From the NCBI GenBank assembly GCA_009103225.1, contig RHPI01000638.1, positions 248,001 through 312,000 on the forward strand: a DNA stretch of 64,000 bases, read 5' to 3'. Positions within the stretch are counted from its first letter, which is position 1. Every line of letters starts with the position of its first letter. A model generated the notes under the pieces. That model was not told the DNA's origin, ran no database searches, and saw only the letters and a program-made list of their open reading frames with translations. The position numbers and the translations under genes were made by a program. The DNA is from Chlorokybus atmophyticus (Eukaryota; Plantae; Mesostigma and Chlorokybus algae). Positions 24,301-34,242 of the stretch are shown here, piece after piece.

Positions 24301-24537
24301 CTGCCCTCCTGTGTCATGAAACTATGAGGCTTGAGTGTGGTGCACTGTATTGATGCTTAATGCCACACGACGGATTGATTGTTGAATGTTGTATGGCACA
24401 TTCAATTGTGGTGACAGTTGTGCAGTGACAGCTGCCCGGTATTGTACACGTCCATATGCAAAAGTCTTAGCATACGATTAGCAATGTCTAACTGACTGAT
24501 ATGCTCCAAACTCTGAGTAGTGAGACAAGTACATGTG

Positions 24538-27500
24538 TCACATGGAAGTGCAGTGAACGATCACCCAATACTTGCCCTCTTGTACACGGGCGCTGTCCTT
24601 GTTGAACACGGGGAGCAGCTAGACAATGCCTTTTACTTGCTCCAAAGTCACGACGTCGAGATGTGGACCCCCTCGACGCTTTTCCCATTCCAAAGCGATG
24701 CACTTTGTGTCGCTTGTCACATTCAGCTTCGTGTACCAGCGGACAAACACGACCTCCTTCCACACGCGCTCGCCGCTATCACCCCACACCACCACGCGCT
24801 AAAAAAAAAGGAGTGCCTGAGCCCACCACGTCACGTTCACACCGTCCTCATCACCCTCCAACTTAAGTGTAGAGAACCAAGGCCGCCTATAAACTTTCCC
24901 AGTTGCGCGCGCCATGCTGACTCCTGTTGTCATGTACACCGCTGCGCCTCCGCTCACCACGCAAACAGCACGCCACCCGTCGGCCAACTTCAGTTGTTCC
25001 CTCCTCAACCAGCTGTCCAAGGTGGCAGGCAGCTTGTCGGCGATTGGAGTCTTCAAGGCGACTTGGCGGCTACGCGCAGATCCGCTCCAATGCGGGCTGA
25101 ACTCCCTCCTTGTCAGCACATCCATCCGTAGCAACTTGTCCGTCTTCTCCATTACATTACAGCACTGCTGCCGCGCTTGCGCCATGATCGAGCGCTCCAT
25201 TTTGAGATACACGACCATGCCATCCTCTCTCACATATCCCGCACAGCTCCATGCCTTCAGCATACGTGCCTGGTAGTCTCGGTTGTTGCCACCACGCGCC
25301 CACCATTTTATATTTTGGGCGTGCGTCTGCTCCATGCGGTTGGCGCTGAACCAATTTAGGTGTCCACTGCTGACAATTGCCGGCCCAAAATGAGTGAGCT
25401 GACGCATCTTCTCGATCTTCCAACCTGACTTCTGTGCAGAATATGACGACAGTAGCGGATGCAACACCGCAGCTTTGAGGGCAGCCAGCTCGTTATCGGC
25501 TGTGGTCAGGGTCTCTCTTGTGTGTTCATGCGCCTTGAGCAACTTCTTGTTCCACTGGGCAAGCAATGCGGCAGCAATGGTGAAGAAATCGTTGCCCTTA
25601 CTGTCGAGCAGCAAACCGTCTGCAAGGACCGGCAGCAGCTGCAGCACCGCCACTTTCTCCACCACCTGAAAGGAGTGGTCGGACAGGAAGAAATCTACTG
25701 TGCTTGTGGGTGCCGTGAAGAGCGAAACCCGTAGAGTCGCCTTGCATGCATTCAGCCTGTGCACATCTGCTTGTGAGCACGTGTAGTTGGCTTTTGTGTT
25801 CAACACAAAAGCAACACCAAAGACGTGCCTGGCCTGCAGAATCTGTCTCGTTGATGGACGCATTCGTTCCTTCGCAGCGTCGTACACAGCAGCAAGCGGG
25901 TGGTTAATGATGCCTCCCAGCACATGCATTGCGTCAGGGGCAAGACGAGAGTAGCAGTCAGCTTCCGGCACCCGCGACTGTCGCCAACCCCACAGTGTAT
26001 CCTGTTGCCAAACCACATTGCCTGGTCTCACGGAAAGCCATTCATCCTCACAAACACCGGTAATTTGACCATTACCTCCTCGACATGCATGGAGTGCTGC
26101 TCTTTAAAAGCCTTGGCTGTTTGGCGTGCATTCCTAACACCGCTATGCAGGTTCGCCCGCAACTGACGTATTGCTGGTTTGTAGAAAGCCTCGGTTCTCA
26201 ATTCCCGGTCCTCATCCATCTCCAACAGATCTGATTTGGTGACGAGACAAACATCGCGAAGATGTCGTGTTTGGTTGCCCGACACAGTGCGTGCGAGTGT
26301 GGCAGTCTCCTGCAACACGACAAACTTAGATGCTCCACTGACGACATCCTCCATGCACTGTTTGCTGGCAGGCTGCATCCGGTTACAACCATGCATGCCC
26401 ACTACCTGCAAGTCGCTGATGTAGTTGGCAAGCGCGGGAAACACACGACGCTCGATGCCATTCGGGTCGATGAGCTGCAGACCTTCCCAACTCGCCCGCT
26501 TCACATCCCATAACACTACATTCAAAGCGTCATGAAAAATCTCACGTTCCGAATGGAGAACGATTCCTTGCCCTGCGCCCAGGTGGGATGCCCGGCCACT
26601 GCGTGAACCACCGGCAGAAGCGCTATCATGGCAACCCCCATGTTGCTAGCATACATGTCCCAGCTGTAATTGGCAAGTGATGCCATCAGAGGGTAGCCAG
26701 AGCGCTTGCCCGCGCTGTCAAGCGTGGTCTTATCACTGTACAGAATGGCAGGCGCCAAGTAGGACGCTTCCCCCGCCTCTCTCCTTAAATTTACCTCCAC
26801 ATCCTTCCACCAATCGCGCGTGGAAGGATGGCCAAAGCTGTGGTCGTCACCACGATACTGAAGATTGAAGCCAGTAGCGGCATGTGGATTGCCATACTAC
26901 CGCGCGAGCCATACCTGCTCCGACCAAGAGCATTAACAGGCATGCTGACCTTAGAATAAATACTGCATCGATACTGCATTAGGTACTGCATTTCACAGAC
27001 CTTGGCCGGCTTATATGTGACGCTGATGTCCTGATCCTTAGGGTCTCCAGGCTTGCGCAGGTTAGCCGTCACGTAGTTCTGATACGGCAGCACACTCGCA
27101 TGTGCATATGTGACATGGCTCTGGTAGTTGAAGCACATGCACCGCACACCATGAACACACCTCACACTGAGAGAAAGCTATTGTGGTCCGGAGGTAGCTG
27201 GCCACATGCACACCGGTCTCTCACTGGAGCTCTTCCGTCAGGAAGTGTGCATTTGGAATGCACTTGATGATCCGCCCCATGTCGGAGGCCGACAGGCCTT
27301 GGCCGTTGTTGCACTGCACGAATGCCACTGCAAGAGCATGCTCCGAGCCATACCAACAGGATTCCGACGCGTGCAAAGGGACGCCTCCACTTCCATGTTA
27401 GCGTGCCACAGGTTTCTCAGGCACACGCACACATCGAAAGCCCTCGTTCACTTCCTTCTCCTGTTGCTGCTGTGCGTGTGCGTGTGTACCCTCATGGAGG

Positions 27501-27730
27501 AATCCTTCAGCATCAAGCATGTGCGCATCCTACATCGAACTCCTCGGTTCAACATGACCCGCATCGTACTTTACTGGACGCTTGCCGACATACAGCTTGA
27601 TTTGCTTGCACACCCTGCTGCTAACAATGTGCATGTAGACCGAGCTGCGTGTGGCGAAGTGCATGTGGCAATACGGACAAAGGACTCCCATATCTCACTA
27701 CTGACGTCGACACAGGTGTCGACAATGTAA
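24538..27730 (-). pseudogene. Plavaka-type (CMC/EnSpm-related) transposase, multi-exon, disrupted
   Basis: C2H2 LCPYCHMHFATRSSVYMH. Blocks HPSTRDWWKDVE, APAILYSDKT...GYPLMASLAN, FHDALNVVLWDVKRASWEG, RRVFPALANYISDLQ|E, APDAMHVLGG and KMRQLTHFGPAIVSSGHLNWFSANRMEQTH...GGNNRD, with C-terminal VFVRWY. Several frameshifts and TAG stops. Confidence 0.85.
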
Positions 27731-27852
27731 CCTGCATTATGTCCAGCAACACACACACCCGCCGCCGCCACCGCCACCGCCACCGCTACCCTTGCGTGCC
27801 AGAGGCGGGAAACTTGGCCGCCATTCACTGGCTCTATCAGACCATTATTATG

Positions 27853-27970
27853 GTACGATTGAGCCATTACACGTCCATGGTGAGTCTCTGCATATACATC
27901 CTGCTTGAACCGTTTCAATGGTACGAAGATGCCTTTGCAAAAAGGTACCATTAAAATGGTATCTTCGTAC
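27853..27970. promoter_or_regulatory. GTAC-motif cluster 3
   Basis: Four GTAC cores (ATGGTACGA twice) just 5' of the first recognisable transposase exon on the minus strand. Confidence 0.3.
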
Positions 27971-28355
27971 AGTGGCAATGGCAGTTCGACCATTGACAAG
28001 TGCTGTGCCTGCGCATGAAAACACCATTGATAGCTCCGCCAAGCTATGCCCTTACAGGGGCGTGATGCCGAGGGTATGTGGCGTTTGGTGGATCGTTGGC
28101 GGCGTTGCCAGGGGCGTAGTGGGCATTGTGGTCGAGGTCCGAGATGAATTCCATGTTCGCACAGGGCGGGCAGGGTGCCGGAGGGGTGTCCTTGGTGTCA
28201 AACCCCACCATGCCTACCAAGGGCACAGCCAATGACAACAGTGACTCGGGCGATATCTTACAGGGCTCCCCCCCCCTCTGAGTGGTCAGACGCACACCAC
28301 AATACTGCCTTTAAGAACATCCGACCCACCAGCAGGTGCGACCACGGCGACATGA

Positions 28356-28990
28356 TTGAAGGGACCAAACAAGACTGGCATAACCAAGGTGGGTTACGAT
28401 GCACTATCAATGCCACATGCTAGGGTTCTTTTATCTTGCACATGCACAGCCTCAAGTATCTTGCACATGACATACATTGTCAATACCACATGCACACCCT
28501 CATGCACACCCTCCAGTGTTATGCACATGAACAGCATGACCAATCTCGCAAATTTCCATTTGCGGGAGCTCACAAGTCGCAATAGAGAAGCTGCGGAGTA
28601 CCACGAACGGGTAATCCATGACCTGGTTTAATGTTTCCAGCGGCAATTTAGCAGTATGCTTGCAGATTGCCATGTTGGTCAGAGTGAACCAAGAGCAGCG
28701 CGGCAGGCTGACTGTCTGCCTGGCGGAGTGCAACAAAGCGGAAGACGAGGTAAGCGTGTGTATGCTGATGGGCTAGTCCTCTGGCAGCACGCCACTCTTA
28801 CAGCATTACCAAATGCAGGTGGTCACTCTCAAAGCGACCATCAAGCGCATGCGCGTGCACGTTGAGGCGCTGACATTCAAGCTGAAGGACGAAGTAGCTG
28901 CTGTACTGTCAGCGAGCGAGGCAGATGAAGATGACTCCGATGTTGAAGTAGAAGACTTGTTGGAGGAGGAACATGAGGAGGGGGTTTGAG
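28356..28990 (+). pseudogene. Small coiled-coil/acidic-tail protein remnant
   Basis: Helical pieces (RELTSRNREAAEYHERVIHDLV; TLKATIKRMRVHVEALTFKLKDEV...EADEDDSDVEVEDLLEEEHEE) with GT-AG-like junctions and stops. Confidence 0.3.
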
Positions 28991-29838
28991 GAGGAGTTTT
29001 GAGGCAGGCACCACGGGTTGACAAGCTGCGCATGAGTGCGACAGCTAGACTCAATATTATAGGGTAGTTTCATGCGCAAGTCGGCTGCTCAGTTGCAAGT
29101 GGATACACTCTCACCACTGCCGGTACATGGTATATATTGTGGGCTTATAAGTGCAAGACCAAACAATCAGTCCAAGATTTGTACAAGCTGCATGGCATCT
29201 TAGTGTTGGCTTACGGCAAGAATTGCCATCTTTTGTCAAACGATAAGGGTCACATATTAACAGCAGCGTAACAGCAAGGAAACTGCCGGCTATTGCTGTC
29301 CGTAACTACCGGCTAACGGCCGTCTGTGCACATCGACCAAAGAGTAACTGGTTGACAACTCTCGACTGGTCAGTGCCACTGACAACCACTTTCGTCCCGC
29401 GGCCGTCTGCGTCTGTCCACTCAAGCCAATGGCAAACCCAACAGTCCCAAAGTAACATTTCAGGCAGCGGCAGGCAGGCTCAGGCAGGCTCAGGCACCCG
29501 ACGGTCCCTCAGTCCTTAGTCAGTTACCGTATAAAATTTACGATGCTTGCGCACTCCATACATGAATCTTATTACGATAATAGTCACAACCTACAAAGCA
29601 TGTTGTTTCCGCAAAGACAAGGTACAGCATGAACAAGACTATCAGCAACCTTGTTGAAAGCAATGCACGCAGTGTGCCGATCAAATTTCCGCACACCTGC
29701 TGGCAGGATTGCCGCATACTATCACTCTACCAAACAGCTCTGCTCACTCACCTTTCGTTTGCTGGAAATCTGTCGTGACAGCGCTTGTTGCTTCTGGCAG
29801 CCCCCGCACAGACGAATTGCAGGCTGCAACTTGCATGC

Positions 29839-29890
29839 TTAGGGCATTAGGGTTAACCCTAACCCTAACCCTAACCCTAACCCTAACCCT
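29839..29890. repeat. Interstitial telomeric repeat with head-to-head polarity switch
   Basis: TTAGGG CA TTAGGG TT (AACCCT)x6. Confidence 0.9.
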
Positions 29891-31709
29891 TGCTGCCCTC
29901 CCGACCTGACACTACAATGTCCAAGACCCGTAAGGCCTTGTCACTGTGTGCTGACGTGTCACATAACATGTGTCCTACATAAAGACTCTCATAGTTTACC
30001 TCGGAAACACCAACATATGCTCAAGGTACATTCCCAAGGCTAACATATCCTATACAGGCTTCGTCCCATTACGAGACATTAACCCAGGGTCATTTGGAGT
30101 GTCCAACACAGGACAACACAATATGCCATTAATAGCTTACTGCTGCCTGTAGCAGACACATAATGGAAGACACCGTTAATTGGCGTGAACTGCCTGTAGC
30201 AGCTCACAGATGCTCCAGGGTCACCTTAGACGGCAACCGTTGTCACAATACTGTGGCATAAGGCTCGTATGGCATTAATTAGACATTGACTAGCTCTGTG
30301 CTCGCCCTCATTAGTGCCATGTGTAGTACTGTGTCCACGAATGCCAAAGAGACATGAACACGACCGCATGTACACGATTGCCAAGCACTACACAGCTTAA
30401 CAACCGAAATCTCCACTTGCAATGCAGTCCATCGTACTCATATAAGTAAGGAACAAAGAATGACTTTTGCCAGCCTTATGGGCGTGACAATGTGTGCATG
30501 GCATCATGCGCAGTGCACATGCCATACACAGTGCACATAACATGCATATACAACTACATGCGCGCACACCCACTCGCAAGCATATGCATGGACTTGTACA
30601 AGCGCATAGCTGCAATTATTAAATGAACCTACTTATGAAACACTCACATGGTCGTACGAGCGCTTCTGAGTAATGACGACATAGTCATGCATGCATAACT
30701 AACAGGGGTCGGTAACAGTATTGATAGTGGTTGGGTGAGTTAGGCATACATAAATGTGATGGAGGCGTTGATGACATAGCATGGTCAACCATTGCAATGA
30801 GTTGCATGAGCGTGTATTGCATGTGCTTATGCTATGATAAGTACTACTGCATGTGAAAATCGTATGACGCACCATGATGCATGCGGCATGCGTAATACGG
30901 AATTATGTACACGCATGTGCACATCGTGCACGCACACTTGCATGCATTCAAATTGCAGCTTGCAATTGCGAATATCAAGTCTTCAACTTGAAGCTCATCA
31001 ATTTCTGACAGCTCTTGGGATTTTTGACAACTCTGTCGTTTTACTAAGGGACCCTCAGTATAGCCTCAGTGAGCGTCGACCATACCATCTAATGGCATGC
31101 TCATGGGAGCCGCCGGCAGCGTGCGAGTCGTAACATCAGCCTTGGCCGGACAGGTGAGAGCAGAGCTCTAGGCCTGTGGTAAGCACAGTCTGGGTGCTGC
31201 TTGTACAAGAAGTGTCAACAGACGCAGCGGCGGCGCCTATGGACGGTCGTTGTACTTTTGATCCAGTGAAAAGACGGTCTGAGTAAAACAAGGGTTGAAA
31301 GCTAGCCTTCTGCTGGCTGGCTTTAAGGGTGCAGCACTCTGGGTGCTACTGGAAGCGGTTGACCTGAAGTGAGCTATCGCCATGCCACACGTAAGTTGCA
31401 GAATGTTTGCTAGCTGTGTTCTTGCTCTCTTATGCACAGAGAAGCATGCATGCAAAGGGCTTGGAGCGGTGGGTTCTTACTGCCTGCAACCGCTCAGACT
31501 GGCTGTGCATACACATGAGCCACTTGCTTCCGCATTGTGTCGCTGTGCAAATTGCGTGCAATGAAGCAAGCACTAAGCGAGCCAGTTCTGATAGCGCCAA
31601 GCAGCTTGCTCAGTTGGTTACTTGGTGCGTGCAAGCAGGTCATACAGTTGCACACAAGACGTTTGCATCATGTTGTTCAGAAAACGGTCACAATTCAGCT
31701 CCATGACAC

Positions 31710-32410
31710 GTGTCTTGTATCTACTCACAGACTGCCGCAGCAGGTCACCCTCTTTCGACACTGCTGGCAAAAGTCATCGGCAATGAGGACCTTCTGCGCT
31801 TCATCTTCAGCTTCTTTGCTCCAAAAGAATTTGCCGCTAGCTCGGTGCGTGAACAAGGGATGGCAAATGACAGCTCTGCAAGCAGAGGCCGCACTCTACA
31901 AGCAACTCTCGCCGTCGTATCAATGCATGATGGATTACGTGCGTGGCTGCTACAAGATGTTGGGCAGCCTTTCAATGCCTGAGAGTATGCCGAAGGCCAA
32001 AACACACCTGCTTTTCTGCATTCTGCATGACGGCAACAACAATGTTTTTGCGTCTCCAAAAGTCAAGACACCGCTTGGTTTGTTCCGCACGGCAGCAGTT
32101 GTTGTTAATGGATCTGCTATTGGAATCCCCCACTTTGAGTATAACCGGTTCTTTGGTTGTCCCTGCCTTCAAAGCTTCAACCGGGTGGTTGTTGGCAAGA
32201 GTTTTCATGACGTGCTTGCATTCGTACACACAAAAGTGCAGCGTGGAGCTGTTTACATTGGCAATGAAGGACGGGAGATTGGCACGCATGATTTCTCCAG
32301 TGCAGTACCAACCAGTATGGTATTTTAGCGGTGGGTTTATACGCTGCACCTTTTGTCACCCCACAGGCCACTGGGAGTATGGACGCATGGAGCTGGAGTT
32401 CAGAAGTTGA
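31710..32410 (+). pseudogene. Decayed F-box-like family gene, copy D (diverged, opposite strand)
   Basis: KVIGNEDLLRFIFSFFAPKEFAA, a +1 frameshift, then ARCVNKGWQ...YVRGCYKMLGSL, aligning with copy C. Confidence 0.6.
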
Positions 32411-34242
32411 GGTGATTACTTTGTGCTGCACGAGGGGACATTGCACGTGTTCTTGGGCTCCAACCAGGTCTGCCATGCGCCCAAGGTTTATGCTGAGTAA
32501 CTGCTCTCTGCAGGCCAATGCTGCAAACAGGTCGACTACTGTGCGCTGCTGTCCACGACAAACGGGATGCACCGCGTGCCAATGGCTGTCAATCAAGAGC
32601 TGTAGTCATAAGAAACAACGGTTTGTGATTATCCTTCTGTAATCACACACTACTGTTGTGTACACATGTACATTGGCGCTGTTATGTTGCAGGTCGGTTG
32701 CCTGCCTGCCTGCCTACCTGCACACAGCATAGGGCACGTAGTGTATAGAGTGTAAACCTATATCTGCACATGTACACGGGTGCGTGTTCAGCTCACTACC
32801 CACGTGCCCTTACATAACCGTACACTGGCACCCGTACCGCACACACACGCCTTATGGACAGGTGATTGTTCATCATGCATGCCGGCATTACCAAAGGGGT
32901 TAGGGCAGTAGTGTCAGGGGCAGTAAAGTAGGTGGTCCCAGTGCCTAGTCCAGTGGTCATGTTAGAAGTGAGCTTGGTATGAGTAACTGTCGTCAGTCAT
33001 GTACATGTCGTGCATGGCGCATCCCCTCATTGCCTGCTTGTACACCCACACATGTGTACACACTAGCTGCACATGCGTGCAGGTAAAGACTATGAATTGC
33101 CATGCATGCACTGCATGATGTCTAATGGGGTAGTGATAGTTAGTGTCGTTCTTAGTGAGTGGCCTGGCTAACATGTAGCCCGGTGGTGTTATATGTAAAT
33201 GCATGCATGCGGTGTGTTGAGTTGATATGTGAGTGTGCTTTGCATGCGGTGTGCTTTGCATGCGCGTGATGCAGCTTGCATCTTTTGTCACACCCACCCT
33301 TGCACCCACATCACCACACAGCAGACGGCCGCGCCGCCCTGCGGCCTGCAGCCGCAGAGAGTTAGGAGGCCCCGAGTGTACAGGATGTGCAGTGTATTTG
33401 TGCATGTAGTTGAAGCTGTCCCTGCCTGTCTGCTGAGCAGACTCTGCCCTACCTGCTATCATGGTATGTGGCTGTTGAGTGAATGTTGCGTACGCCACGC
33501 ACTGTGTGCCATATATGAACTAAACATATATATAAACCTAGTGTACATGATACATACTGCTGTTGGTATTGTGATTGCTACTTGGTTCGCTCTCATGCTT
33601 TACAAAGAGCTGTGGGCTCCTTGTTTTGAACGAGAGGGTCATGGCACCAGCCAACGCACGGTGAGCACTGACTATATCAGGTTGATACCTCTATCCAACC
33701 GCCAGGACTAAACATATGCTGATTTGTTCCGTGGTTGAAATTTCAACTGAGCTGTACAAGCGCGAAGTGCAAATGTCTTGGCTGATATGTCTATACCTGC
33801 GTTCGCTCCACTTGTGGCTGCATGAAACCAACACAGGATGCAAGGACACATCAGGTGACAACCAACAGAAACGGAGTTGAACTTAGGCTTCCGCAACATA
33901 CTACACAGAGTCACCAACCTTAATCAGTGGCAAGGCAACACAGAGCAGTAGCAAGCCTGGACAGCATGGCAACCAGATCTTTGGGTTGCTACTGTACAGG
34001 ATAAGCGCGAAGCTGTTGTGTGCAGTGCAAACATAGGTACGCTCACTGCAGCATGAGCGACGCATAACATCACTGCAACTGGCAACCATATCATCCACAT
34101 ATTACATTATGAGCACAAACAGTGCTACAACCCAACTGTGCCAATCGCATGCAGCAGCGCTGCCAACGGCTCTAACCAACTGGCAACAACACAGTGGTCA
34201 ATATGTACAACGTCTAGTTATACTCTACCCTCAATGCAACCA

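Larger units (their letters stand above)
16490..30320. mobile_element. Putative large decayed Plavaka-type cargo transposon (boundaries unresolved)
   Basis: Contiguous block of similarly decayed genes (transposase, Tudor-MTase, OTU, unknowns) between degenerate repeat arrays. No TIR/TSD identified, so the extent is inferred. Confidence 0.4.

Noticed and set aside
27571-28295. ORFs 27571-27999 and 28044-28295 as 5' exons of the transposase
   Set aside because: No recognisable motifs, and they overlap a GTAC-rich, promoter-like patch; left unassigned.
17000-32400. Endogenous giant-virus insertion
   Set aside because: No NCLDV hallmark genes were seen (capsid, PolB, A32 ATPase), and the genes have spliceosomal introns and a eukaryotic transposase.
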